Notes: a model not told the origin generated them from the sequence alone. DNA of 63,975 nt, filler included, from Octopus bimaculoides (GCF_001194135.2; 4 parts of 3 records of this genome joined end to end with filler, not necessarily neighbours in it); one strand, 5' to 3'. Positions 1-12,171 are shown, counted from the whole stretch's first letter. Numbers and translations are program-made.

Positions 1-1169
1 GGTTTTCCTTTCTGTGCTACTGGGTGTAGTCTATTTACGGCCGTAAATGTCTTGTTTCAATCTCAGAGATGTTGACTTCTGCCACAACAGTTTTGGGGGG
101 CTTTTTATGATGTTGAATTTTCACTATCTTTCATTGTGTGTGTATTCATGTATATGAGTGTATTTTCAATGTGTGTGCGTGAGACGTAGTCTTTTAATAT
201 ACGGAGTTCAGTAAGTCTCAGAACAGTCTGCTTGAGTATCGATAATTTTCCCAGAATTGACAAGTAGCATGATAAAACCCCTGACTTGTCTTCCAGGGCG
301 TAACGATCTTAAAGCATGGCCATATAATGTAACTAAATGTGTTCTCTTAATTAAATCATTTCAATTTGATTCAGCTCAACCAATAAGTATAGGGGCTAAT
401 GCAGAATCGCGCCCCTTTGAAAAACGAATTCTGTGAAAAAAATTTTTCTGATTCTTACCTTTAACAGAGATTCCGAATATGCAAAAATATTAACAGAATC
501 CAATTTCATCTTTATTACATTTTACTTATGATTTTTAGACTTTTTAAGGGAGAGTGAGGATGGGAAAGTACTGACGTTTCGAAGAGAGAGAAAAATACAA
601 ACAATACACTTATTTCAGGNNNNNNNNNNNNNNNNNNNNNNNNNNNNNNNNNNNNNNNNNNNNNNNNNNNNNNNNNNNNNNNNNNNNNNNNNNNNNNNNN
701 NNNNNNNNNNNNNNNNNNNNNNNNNNNNNNNNNNNNNNNNNNNNNNNNNNNNNNNNNNNNNNNNNNNNNNNNNNNNNNNNNNNNNNNNNNNNNNNNNNNN
801 NNNNNNNNNNNNNNNNNNNNNNNNNNNNNNNNNNNNNNNNNNNNNNNNNNNNNNNNNNNNNNNNNNNNNNNNNNNNNNNNNNNNNNNNNNNNNNNNNNNN
901 NNNNNNNNNNNNNNNNNNNNNNNNNNNNNNNNNNNNNNNNNNNNNNNNNNNNNNNNNNNNNNNNNNNNNNNNNNNNNNNNNNNNNNNNNNNNNNNNNNNN
1001 NNNNNNNNNNNNNNNNNNNNNNNNNNNNNNNNNNNNNNNNNNNNNNNNNNNNNNNNNNNNNNNNNNNNNNNNNNNNNNNNNNNNNNNNNNNNNNNNNNNN
1101 NNNNNNNNNNNNNNNNNNNNNNNNNNNNNNNNNNNNNNNNNNNNNNNNNNNNNNNNNNNGTTTCAGTCA

Positions 1170-1320
1170 TTTGACTGCAACCATGCTGGGACACTGCATT
1201 GAAAAATTTTAGTCGAGCGATTTGACTCCAGTACTTATGTTTATTTATTTTTTAAAATTTAAACTTGGCACTTATTCTATCGGTCTCTAGTAATTTGGCA
1301 AAAGCCGAACCACTAGAGGA
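1170..1320 (-). mobile_element. SINE family B, 3' part
   Basis: Reverse complement of the tail seen at 18240-18425 and 46890-47065 (TTCAGTCATTTGACTGCAACCATGCTG...TTATTCTATCGGTCTC...GCCGAACC). Confidence 0.75.
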
Positions 1321-2583
1321 TCTGTTCAGTTTGGCTCACAGATTTTAAAATTAATTTTCTAAAACTAAACAGTTTGAAACTTCGTATACTGGTGGAATGT
1401 CTCACGCAGAACACGGTTTACTTTGAACATTTTTGACAATATTTGGTATTTTAGAAGTTATTTCGTGTTAGAAATTATTTCGTGTTAAAGTATTTGGGTA
1501 ATTTCAACCAATCAACGACGTGTATTCAGTTGAAGAAAGCCTCTGCTGTTTGCGATAGTAATCTAAGAGGAACAACTTCCGTGTCCTCTCCACTAAATGT
1601 TTGTTTACCGCCTGTGTTGCATATTACACGCTTTTTTTCTGGTTCTTGCGTCGGAGTAACCAGTGTGTTTCTTTATTATAACATCATAAATTACGTAATA
1701 TTTACACGTGTTTCATCAGCAATATTAGTATGTTGTGCAGTAATTGTTATGCAATCGACTGTATAATCACATTGAAACGACAGATCTTTAGAAGAAATAA
1801 GTTAATTCATTACTATTTACCATACACACGCACACACACATACACGCACGCACACACGCGCGCGTGTGCGCGTATATGTTCAAAACAAAAGAAGTCCACT
1901 TTGAATTAAGTGTTCGGTGCATCGTATGGTGCAGAGTTAAATAATTTATTCATAGAATTTGTCTTTACCTTTTGCAAATCTTTTCTCCAGCGAACTGCAA
2001 ATTATAGAGACAAACCCTATGAATAAATATGACGTGTGTGTGTGTGCTGCAACGAAACGGAATAATGTTATCTAGCGATGCCCGTACACTAGTAACACTG
2101 ACTGTAATGTACGATCTCAGTTGCTCATATTATACTTTTTATTCAAACTTCAGTCTGTCAAAGGGTTGTTTGAGCCCCTGGCAAACTAAGTTTTGGTGCT
2201 CTTAGTGGAATTTTTTTAAAAATTTTCACATGAGGAAAAACTGCGAATTTACAAAATAAAAAAGTTTATTAAAATATATAAGCTAAAGACAACAATTCAA
2301 ACACGTCATCAAAGTTTAAAATTCCGTAATTGATAAAAACTAGAAGAGAGAGAGAGAGAGAGAGAGAGAGGTGAAGTGAAGAGAGAGAAAAGATGTGGAG
2401 ACAAAGAGACAGAGAAAGAAAGAAATTGTAGAAAGTGAGAAAAAGGCATTTTTGCAAACACCGAATGAAAGATGGGTAGAAGGGGAAAGAGTTGAAAGGG
2501 TACTGTTGATCTGTTGTAGATATAATGAATGTTCTGAGTAATTACAGAATACCGAACAATTTAGTATGGCTTGTGTCATAGAC

Positions 2584-2866
2584 CAGGGGTTTTCAAACTT
2601 TTTGACTCGCGGACCCCTTTATATTTCAGGCTTTACCTTATAAACGCTTATCAAATTTATACATAAATATTTGCTTAAAATAACACATTTTTACATTTGT
2701 TTATTTAACAGTATTTAACAAATAGGTTTATTGTCAATTAAAAGATTTCGATTAAAAACCATATATAAAATCAAATTGCCCATAAAAAGTATTTGCTGTT
2801 CACGGACCCCCTGTCTTGTCCTTGCGGACCCCCTGTGGTCCACGGACCACAGTTTGAAAACCACTG
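2584..2866. mobile_element. hAT-superfamily MITE, 283 bp, complete
   Basis: TIRs CAGGGGTTTTCAAACT / AGTTTGAAAACCACTG (15/16 match). Exact 8-bp target-site duplication TCATAGAC at 2576-2583 and 2867-2874. Subterminal GCGGACCCC motifs. Confidence 0.93.
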
Positions 2867-3564
2867 TCATAGACAACAGCAAATGTCTTTATAAACTTTA
2901 GTTTATTAAAACTTTACTTCCGTAGTTACAGAGGTACCTTAAGCATTATTCTTGATGCAGTCTATAGATCTGGCATGGCATGCTTTAACTTGCTATTGTT
3001 GATGATTCTAACGACTTTTGTCAAAAACTTTACACCTACAGGAAAAGTTTTTTCACGATGTGTAGTTCAATCAAGAGACCACAGCTGTTTATCATTATTT
3101 TCTTGGTACCTAAATTTATTTTCCCATCTTTGACATGCTAATTTAAGTTTATGTTTATTTGAAAAAGAATGCTAGTCATTAAAAAAAAAAAAATCCTCCT
3201 GTATTATTGAAACTTAGTAACAGTTCATATGTCCCTGATAAAGAATTATTAGTTGTGGTGAATATGATTCTTTTAATCTTTTTGGATCATCTGTGTTAGA
3301 AACCTCAACATTTTTCAGTATATCCTTTAACTTTTAAAAACGGGCTCTACATCTAATTCTTATGCTCGTGATAGCGCTCTTTTATATCCATTTGCATGAT
3401 AATTAAATAAGAAATTAGTGACACTATTCATTAATGAAATTAATTCTACAGAGGTTATCTGCATAATTCTAATGACAGTATTTACCTTCCACTCGCACGC
3501 TCCCCCATGAAACATTTCAAATTAAGCTTATCTCTACTCAAAGAACTCTTCGTATTTCGTTTAT

Positions 3565-3918
3565 TATTATCTTCGCCTTAGCGAAGGCGGAGGTATTGTT
3601 TTCAGTCGTATTTGTTTGTTTGTATGTGGACGCTGGATGGATTTGGATGAAATTTTCAGGGATGTTTGGACTCGTGAATGACACAAACTGATTAGATTTG
3701 GGCATCGATCCAATACCGGACAAGGATTTTGGATTATTTTTTCGTTTATTTTTTTTACTTAATTTTTTAGTGCGGTCGGGTTCATTTTTAGTATTCTCAT
3801 TTATGAGAGCAGTCAATTTTATTTCAGACATTCTCATTTTAAAAATCATCTCCGGTTAATCGTTGAGAGGACATTGGTGTTACCTTGACAGAGGTTTGCG
3901 CTCTCTGAGTCCTCTTGT
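3565..3918 (+). mobile_element. Non-autonomous Helentron/HINE-like element
   Basis: 5' hairpin CTTCGCCTTAGCGAAGGCGGAGG then TATTGTTTTCAGTCG and (GTTT)n. Core TGGATGGATTTGGATGAAATTTTCAGG. 3' CCTTGACAGAGGTTTGCGCTCTCTGAGT. Related copies at 24915 and 27500. Family assignment from recalled architecture. Confidence 0.65.
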
Positions 3919-4031
3919 CTCATATATTTTCATTATTTGCTGTGTGTGGTGTTGGTATCATATGCTTCAGGTAGTCGTTGGTTTGAATCTTGGAAGCTAT
4001 TTCAATTGAATGCTTTGACATTACTCTTATA

Positions 4032-4721
4032 CGTGGTCTGATCAATAAGTATCCGGATTATTGCCATAATCACGAAGCCAAAGCATACAGAGTGAAGCCG
4101 CTTGGCACAGATTGACCTTGACCTCTGCTGTGTATGCGCATTAAGTCTTAACGTTCTAGCTCACTACTGCTGTTTACAGCAGTGCCTGGAAGGAACGTGT
4201 GCAACGTGTGATTGTCGCATTGACCATGAGAGAAAGTTGATCAGAGAATCTGCATCAAATTTTGCCAAAGGTTTCGCGATACCAGCTCAGAGATCTACGC
4301 TAAGTTTTCAAATGAAACCCGAGTGTCATTTTGGTCAGCTGAAAGCAGTTTTTGGCACAAACTTGGCAGACACGCGTCTCATACCCAAATCTTCAGTGAT
4401 AATTGACTGAACGGAACCGTAACTCATCTGCACATCCTTGGATAACTCACGGATGGTGTGCGGCTCATGCACTCCTCTCCATACACTTTCCGCAACTTTG
4501 TGTAGGCCTCTGAGCAAATATCGTCATGACAACTTTCTCTGTCATAGTCAATGCGACGATCACACGCTACATACGTTCCTTCCAAGCACTGCTGTAAACA
4601 GCAGAAATGAGTTTGAACGTTAAGATTTAGTCCACGGTTAATCTGTGCCAAGTGGCTTTACTCTGCAGGCTTTAGCTTCGTTACTATGGCAACAGTCCGG
4701 ATACTTATTGATCAGACCTTG
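4032..4721. mobile_element. Mariner deletion derivative with inverted arms (two 5' ends)
   Basis: 26-bp TIRs CGTGGTCTGATCAATAAGTATCCGGA / TCCGGATACTTATTGATCAGACCTTG, TA on both sides. Transposase N-terminal remnants: + strand QRICIKFCQ; - strand EAYTKLRKVYGEECMSR and IRELSKDVQMSYGSVQSIITEDLGMRRVSAKFVPK. Confidence 0.9.
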
Positions 4722-5270
4722 TATGTAGGTTCACTTTGGTGAGGTGGAGCTGTGTCTATAATTATTTGGATGAATGTATGGATTGCAGTATCTATGTTGG
4801 AGATTACAGTATCTATGTTGGAGATTGCAGTGTTGTTGAATATACGTACTGTAGTGTCAATGTCAGTAATTGTGGTGATGTTCAATGTTTGTACTGCAGG
4901 GTCACTTTTGGTCATTATGTTGATTTCTGCAAGCCATATTTCACTTTCTTGGTGAAAGTAATTCCACAGGTACTGTTTTCTTTAAGGCTCGTGAAAATGG
5001 TTTTATTTTATTCATTGATATGTGGGTATGTCTGTGATGATAAATGGGAGATGGATAAAAAGGTATTGAGTGATTTTTTGTTTATGTTTTTACATCATTG
5101 TTACAGTACTAGATGTTGAGAGTAGAACGTGATATCTGTTACAGTTAACCTAAGGAAATATGTGGGGATCAAATGAATAGATCCTAGGTCTTGACTGTAA
5201 CTTATTTTATCAACATTGAAAAGATAAATTTGATGTCAATCTTGATGGAATTTGAATCCAAAATATATAT

Positions 5271-5462
5271 TTCTTTATTGCCCACGGGGGTGGGACTAAA
5301 CATAGAGGGAACAAACAAGGACAGACAAAGGGATTAAGTCGATTACAATCGACCCCAGTGTGTAACTGGTACTTATTTAATCGACCCTGAAAGGATGAAA
5401 GGTAAAGTTGACCTTGGCGGAATTTGAACTCAGAACGTAATGGCAGATGAAATACCGCTAAG
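5271..5462 (-). mobile_element. tRNA-derived SINE family A
   Basis: Core GATGAAAGGTAAAGTTGACCTTGGCGGAATTTGAACTCAGAACG; its reverse complement contains the B-box-like GAGTTCAAATTCC. Same tail subtype as 42451-42655. Confidence 0.85.
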
Positions 5463-5919
5463 GGATGTAACTGAATAATATATCTTCTCCAACCAAACTC
5501 ATACTAAAACGTGACAGAAACTAAATGCCATAATAAGAACAGCGACAAATATTCCTCTGGAAATAAATGGGTAACTTTTTCTTGCACCTATGATAAATTG
5601 TAGCAATGAAGCAGTCTCAATATACTTGAAATAGAAGCCAAAACTTCCTTAAATCTCAACCTGTTTTTAATGTGTCTTAGGCATTATGTTTGAATAATAA
5701 TTAAAAAAAAATGGGATAGTCATTTATGAACTGTCTTTAATCATAGGTGTTGCATGATTGTGGCCTGCTACAAGTCAAAACAACAAAAACTCAGGCTAAC
5801 AACAGTATAGATGGTGTAGATTGGAGTTACAAAAAAAGTTTGAAAGTGATTTGAACTCACACATAATGGGCTGTATTTTTATCCATTCAGCAATTTGAAA
5901 TATAGAAATACAAAAGTAT

Positions 5920-5935
5920 CAATAATAATAATAAT

Positions 5936-6000
<65 letters not shown>

Positions 6001-6012
6001 TAATAATAATAA
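5920..6012. repeat. (AAT)n microsatellite
   Basis: About 30 AAT units seen directly. Confidence 0.97.
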
Positions 6013-6804
6013 ATCCTATATACTTATAAAAAGCAATGGACACAGCAAAAATATAATCTGTGTTATTTAAAATGTTTTTGAATCTGTTTTGTTGTTGCTA
6101 CTTTTACTGTTGTTGCTGTTCTTTGTCATAATGCAAAACTTGGAAAAAAAATAACAATCATGTCTAACTTGGATATTGTGCTATATAATTAGGTAGAAAG
6201 AAAACTAGTTTCATTTAATTTCATTTCATGCTGTATTATATAGTATGCTAATGTATTGGTAATGGATCTGATTATTTGACCTAGCAAAAATGTAATATGT
6301 CAGAATCTTATTATTAAAAATCAAACCAAATAAATAAATAAATAGATAAATATAACAAAATGAAACAAAAAATAATATATAATTACCAGAAAATAAAACA
6401 AAACAAAAAACAAACAAACATACAGCATATAGCATAAATGAAAATGAAAATGATGCAGAAATACAACAATAAAAACAGTAACAACAATGAGCAAATATAA
6501 AGTAGTAATTCATTTTTCGAAAAATACAATAACTCTAACACTACAGTGATGACCATCCCATCACTCCTAACACCATCACTAACAACAATAGTAATGGAAT
6601 AAAAATAAAAACATAATGAAATAAAAATAAAAACCATGAAATAGGATGAAAATGAAATAATATAGTAATAAGAACATGGAAACCTAACCAACCAACCAAT
6701 ATTATCAACATCAAAAGTTATTTAGAATAACAAAAATATTAATTAATAAACTAAGAATAGTAAGACCAACAATAATTAGTAAAACATTGATGCTAATAAT
6801 TATA

Positions 6805-7152
6805 GCTCCAAATTTTGGCACAAAGCCAGTAATTTGCAGGTAGGGGTAAGTTGATTACACCGACCCCAGTACTCATCTAGTTCTTATTTCATTCAACCCG
6901 AAAGGACGAAAGGTAAAGTTGGCCATGGTGGAATTTGAACTCAGAATGTAAAGTTAGAAGAAATGCCACTAAGCATTTTTTCTGGTGTGGTAACAATTCT
7001 GCCAGCTCACTGCTTTATTGATGCTAATAGCATTGGTTTCAAATTATGGCACAAGAATAACAATTTCAGAGATGGGGTAAGTTGATTACATCGACTCCAG
7101 TACTTAGCTGGTACTTATTTTGTCAAACCCGAGAGGATGAAATGCAAAGTCG
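6805..7152 (-). mobile_element. Two tandem SINE family A copies
   Basis: Two GGCACAA...GTTGATTACA(C/T)CGAC...GA(C/T)GAAA units in the same orientation; the first is complete to CTGCCAGCTCAC. Confidence 0.82.
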
Positions 7153-7231
7153 TCGTCGTCGGCGGCGGCGGCGGTGGTGGTGGCGGTGGTGGTGGTGGTG
7201 GTGTTGGTGTGTGTGTGTGTGTGTGTGTGTG

Positions 7232-8030
7232 CCAAGGCCACTTTCAAGGAAGGGGAACTGATAAACTCTCAAATTCAGTTGGATTAGATGCTGAAACAGT
7301 TATAAAAGAAGTTGAGCATGAACAAACCTATAAATACCAAGGAATACATGAAGGCTCTGGCAATCAGCATGCAACTTTGAAAGAGAAGACCATGAAGGAA
7401 TATTATAGGAGAGTTCGAGCAGTTCTGAAATCTGAGCTAAATGCACATAATAAGGTGTTAGCCATATGTTCTTTAACGGTTCCAGTTGTTATTAATAGTT
7501 CCAATGTGTTGAACGGGAATATCAGTGAAGTAAAGAAAATTGATAGAAACACTCATAAGTTGCTGACCCAAAGGCAGAAGTGGATTATCTTTGCTTTCTT
7601 GAGCTTAAGGAGGTTGAGGTTTGATCCAATTTGAACTTTCTTACAAAACCACCACAATTAGACTGCTCAAATATCTTGAGACAACTTATGACTGGATGCT
7701 AAAACTCATTAAGAGTTATGAGAGGTGTAAAAAGCTTCATTCTATCTTGAAGGAGAGCAAAAAATTTGCTACTGATTTTATGAATGTCGCCCAGGCTGAA
7801 TATCTTGAAGAAAATGTGACAATTGTTTTTAAGCAGAAGAGTAAAATTAGTAACAAAAAGAAAAGTGCATAAACAACTGGCTTGTATGTGGGAGCAGAAA
7901 TTTCTGTATGGCACATATCTGGTCTTTACTAAACAAGATGATGTTAACCAGAAGCACACACAACAATTGCTACAAAGCTCAGGTCTACAAAGGCTTCATC
8001 TTAGCTGCTCAACATCAAAGCTTATTGAGC
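7232..8030 (+). mobile_element. R4/Dong-clade non-LTR retrotransposon fragment (C-terminal RT region), decayed
   Basis: Translation TYKYQGIHEG...KEYYRRVRAVLKSELNAHNKVLAICSLTVPVV...KKIDRNTHKLLT. Further frameshifted blocks YLETTYDWMLKLI and KQDDVNQKHTQQLLQSSGL. Matches the R4/Dong pattern as recalled. Confidence 0.8.
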
Positions 8031-8044
8031 ATTATAATAATAAT

Positions 8045-8915
8045 TTCCTTTTACTATAGGTACAAAGCTTGAAATTTTGAGGGAGGGGGCCAGCCAATTA
8101 CAACTAGACCCTGGTAAGATGAAAGGTAAAGTCAACCCTGGCAGAATCTGAACTTGTAATGTAAAGCCAGAAGAAATGCTGTGAAGCATGTTGCCTGCAT
8201 GCTAATGATTCTGCCAGCTTACCACCTTAATAATAATTACAAATAATAATAATAGTATTCCTTTCTAATAAAGGTACAAGGTGGGGAGTGGGTAAGTTGG
8301 TTACTTCTATCACAGTGTTCAACTTATTTTATCGACCTCAAAAAGATGAAAGGTAAAGTCAACCATAGCAACATTTGAACTCAGGAAGTAAAGACCGATG
8401 AAATGCTGCCAAGCATTTTGCCTGGCATGCTAACAATTCTGTCACCTTTCCACTTTAACCATCACCATCATCCTCATAATAATAATGGCTTAAAATTTTG
8501 GTGCAAAGCCAGAAATTTCGGGGAGAGTGTATGTTAGTTACATTGATCCCAGTGTTCAACTGATACTTATTTTATCAACCTCAAAAGGATGAAAGACAAA
8601 GCTGACCTCAGCAGAATATGAACTCAAACCCTAAAGACAGACAAAATGCTGCTAAGCATTTTACCCAACGTGTTGATGATTTTGCTTGCTCACAGTTCTA
8701 GTAACGGCAATATTAGTAATAACATTTTCTTTATCTTTTTTGTCTTTAGTTTCTAATTCAGGCACATGGCTGTCAATTTTGATAGGAAGCAGTTAGCTGA
8801 TACCATCATGCCCAGTGGTACATTATTTGTCCCTTGGAGAGATTAAAAGCAAAATTCAGATGATCTGCCATAAGACATTTTATAGGACACTCTAATGATT
8901 CTGCTACTTCGCTGC
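8045..8915 (-). mobile_element. Array of four SINE family A copies, some separated by (AAT)n
   Basis: Repeated GATGAAAG(G/A)(T/C)AAAG...GAACTCA...GAAATGCTG...AAGCATTTTGCCTGGCATGCTAA cores near 8120, 8345 and 8590. A degenerate fourth copy lies near 8760-8910. Confidence 0.8.
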
Positions 8916-9457
8916 CAATGTCCTGATGCAGTACCAGGCACTGACTCTCATAGCTTCTGATCTTAACTGATTGGAAGTGTTATCATATACATGCTTTGTC
9001 TTAGTATAAAAAGTGAGCGACAGCAAATATTCTACTCAGTACCACAGGTTTGCTTGTCTCTTGTTTGACCTGAACCAGTTGAGCATGTCCTTTGGTGGCT
9101 GACGATATGTACATCTCTGATAATGAGCAGAAGTAGTGTAGGAGCATCATAGCCATGTGTTGAGAGGAATTCTTTGGAGTTTGATTAAGTTACCTCTGGA
9201 AACATAAGTGTTTTGTTCAACATCCTTAAACAAGGGATGAGCCACTCAACCTGAAGAAAATTCTAACTGAGCCCCACCTGCAAGAGATCACCATGTCATA
9301 CACATATGGTTGGGATGCATGTGCCTGGTGTACCCTTATCAAATGGGTAGTCCTGATGGGCATACTGGGTTTCATATATTTTACCCCAGTGTCACTGATG
9401 GTATGCACTGCCCTCTCACTCAATAATAATAGTAATAATAATAATAATAATAATAAT
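8915..9457 (+). mobile_element. Interspersed repeat ending in an (AAT)n tail, probably the 3' UTR of a non-LTR element
   Basis: Non-simple sequence ending ...GCACTGCCCTCTCACTC followed directly by AATAATAAT. Resembles a recalled octopus repeat; no coding remnant recognised. Confidence 0.5.
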
Positions 9458-9459
9458 CC

Positions 9460-9665
9460 TTTCTACCATAGGCTCAAGACCTGAAATTTTGGGAGTAAGG
9501 GGCTAGTTGATTACATCAACTCCAGTGCATAACAGGTACTTATTTCATCGACCACAAAATAATGAAAAGCAAAGGTGCTCCTAGTGGAATTTGAACTGAG
9601 AATGCATGAAATGCTGCTCAGCATTTTGCCTGGCATGCTAACAATTCTGCCAGCTTGCAGCCTTA
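9460..9665 (-). mobile_element. SINE family A
   Basis: CCTTTCTACCATAGGCTCAAG...GGAATTTGAACTGAG...CAATTCTGCCAGCTTGCAGCCTT, flanked by AAT/GAT repeats. Confidence 0.82.
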
Positions 9666-10401
9666 GTGATAATAATAATAGTAATGCTAATAATAATGAT
9701 GATGACAATGATGATGATGATGATGATGATGATGATAATATATTCGTTATCATTTATCTTTATAATATAAAAATTTGTTTTCGGTAAATATATCTTAACA
9801 CAAATAAATAATAAATTTCAAAGTCTAAGAAAAATGGAAAAGAAAATAATTTATTATAGTAGGACTTTGAAAAAAAAAACAAAAAGCACATGAGAAAAAA
9901 AATAAGTATTGGTGATAACAAATAGAAAATATAACTTCATTATTTTAGTTGAGGGTAAATGAAGCAATGAGAAATTTTAGTGATAAAATATTGTGTCAGG
10001 AAGTAGGCAGGCAGGTGTTAAGTTGAGTTCAGTAGGAACTGTGTTCTATGGAACACTTTGTTATTTTGGATAAAATTTTCCTCTTTCTCATTCTCTCTCT
10101 TTTCTCTCCCTTTCACCTTTACTTTTCTCTATTTAAAAAAAAATATTTTGTTAATGGTTATTGTGTAAATGGAACCATACTAATTAAGAAAAATCTGGAG
10201 TTAATACTATTCCAAATTAATATTTATTTCTCACATTGGTATGAAGTCATGAATCTGGAGAAGAATTGTTTCCAACTTGGCTGTATAGGTAAGAAATTCT
10301 CTTTAAAGCCATGTGATCCTGGTTTCAATCCCAGGTTGAGCCAAGGAATTTCTGATGTAATATTAGGGTTCAATATTCCTGTGATTTATCACCAAAGAAA
10401 T

Positions 10402-10630
10402 GTGGCTTAATGGTCAGGAAATTGGACTCAGGATTATAAGATTGTGGTTTTAATTCCTTCACCAGGTGATGCCATGTGTTCTTGAGCAAGACATTTCATT
10501 TCACGTTGCTCCAGTCCTCTCAGCTGGCAAAAGTGAATATTCCTGCGGAAGGACTGGCATCCCATCTGAGAGGGAATATTTACACTAAAAGAACTGTGGA
10601 ATAGGCCTTATGAATCTATATGATTTGGGA
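10402..10630 (+). mobile_element. tRNA-derived SINE family C
   Basis: A-box-like TGGCTTAATGGTCAGG. Central GTGTTCTTGAGCAAGACATTTCATTTCACGTTGCTCCAGT is shared with 56293-56637 and 62740-62940. Confidence 0.75.
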
Positions 10631-11269
10631 AGGATATTTATCCTTTCTTTTTTTTATCCTTTTAATTCAAGTCATGATTAAATGACAAACACTTAACAAA
10701 TTAATAATACCCATTCTATAACCTAATAACAATAAACACAAAAATAAAGGCAAAGAAGTTCTAACTGTATATACAACATTATATATATACCAGCTTGTAA
10801 TCGTTCAGGCTGATAACCCCAACTTAAAATTAATAACAAAGTAGGAATTAATGATGGAATGAAAAATTCTGATTATCATTTTGGTGGTACTTTTGGATTT
10901 GGTACTGAGAGGTGCCACAAGATACTCAGAAGGAATGAAGATCAAATGGTATCTTGTGCTACCACCACTATGATCTTTCATTAATAATAATACTGCCATG
11001 GTGGAAACAAAGATAAAAGTGAAAGCACTCTTTACCCTTTTGGATGAGTTATTCTGACAATGATGACTTCATTCCAAAGACAAGAAACGTTTGTCCAAAA
11101 TACAAACAGAAGTTAGAGAATTCCCCTTTGAAATTGAATGCAAGCCAATCTGAGAAAAAAAAAGAGAGAGAGAACAGGCCATTAAGAGTCTTGGCTGAAT
11201 CTATACAATCCTGTTAAATGATACCAGAAGGCTGAGAAATAGACTTACAGACATTTACAACTACAGTTT

Positions 11270-12112
11270 GGCTGGCAACTTTGGTAGGAAGAGTTCTTAA
11301 AGTTGCTCTAAGATATGGTTAACATATTTTTCTTTTGCTATTGTACTAACCTTCTACAAAATAATTTAAGAATATGGTGAGTAATTTTCAGAGGAGGAAG
11401 TTAGTTGCAATATCATTGGTTCCAGTACTTGATTGGTACTTTATCTGAGTCTTAGTGAAATGAAAGGCAAAGTTTGCCTTGGCATGACTTGAACTCAGAT
11501 GAAATGTCGTAAAACACTCTAATGATTATGTTAATCTACTGCCAATAATAATAATATTGAAGATGATGATGATGATAATATCTTTTCTACTAAAGGCACA
11601 AGGGGGGAAATTTTGGGGTAGGTGGCTCATCAATTTCAATGGTCCCAGTGTTCCATTGGTACTTACTTTATCAACATCAAAAGGATGTTCTTTCTCATTT
11701 TCACACAAGGTTAGCAATTTTGAGAGGAAGTCAATTAAATCACCCTCAGTGCTCAACAGTTAGTTATTTTATTGCCACCAAAAGTATGAAAGTATGACCA
11801 ACAAGGTTGACCTCAATGGTGCTTGAACTGAGAACTCAAGGAGCTGAAAGAAACGCTAAGTATTTTGCATAGCACAGTAACACTTCTGCTATCCCACTTC
11901 CATAATAATAATGATAATAATAATGATGATGATAATCCTTTTTGGGCACAAGGCCTGAAATTTTTTAGGAGAGGGGACTAGTTGATTACATCCCCAAAAA
12001 GATGAGAGGTAAAGTTGAACTCGGTGGAATTTGAACTCAGAGTGTAGCAACAGGTGAAACAGGGCTAAGCATTTAGTCTGGCATTCTAACAATTCTGCAA
12101 GTTTGCCACCTT
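11270..12112 (-). mobile_element. Array of four (partly truncated) SINE family A copies
   Basis: Cores near 11460, 11670 (truncated), 11810 and 12010, all in the same orientation, with AAT/GAT spacers. Confidence 0.75.
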
Positions 12113-12171
12113 ATACAATAATAATGATAATGATTTCATTTTTATTTATTATTTATTAATAATAACAGATC

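Noticed and set aside
390-545. Weak resemblance to 26650-26780 (possible transposon subterminal sequence)
   Set aside because: Similarity is limited to AT-rich words and I could not align the two convincingly by eye.
9098-9135. CTGACGA motif in the (AAT)-tailed repeat; a similar one at about 56005-56015 (-)
   Set aside because: No GAAA follows the putative stem II in either case.
10790-11200. Coding-looking stretch (…[19 protein letters not shown]…, …DDFIPKTRNVCPKYKQKL…)
   Set aside because: Open segments are in different frames, separated by stops, with no recognisable homology.
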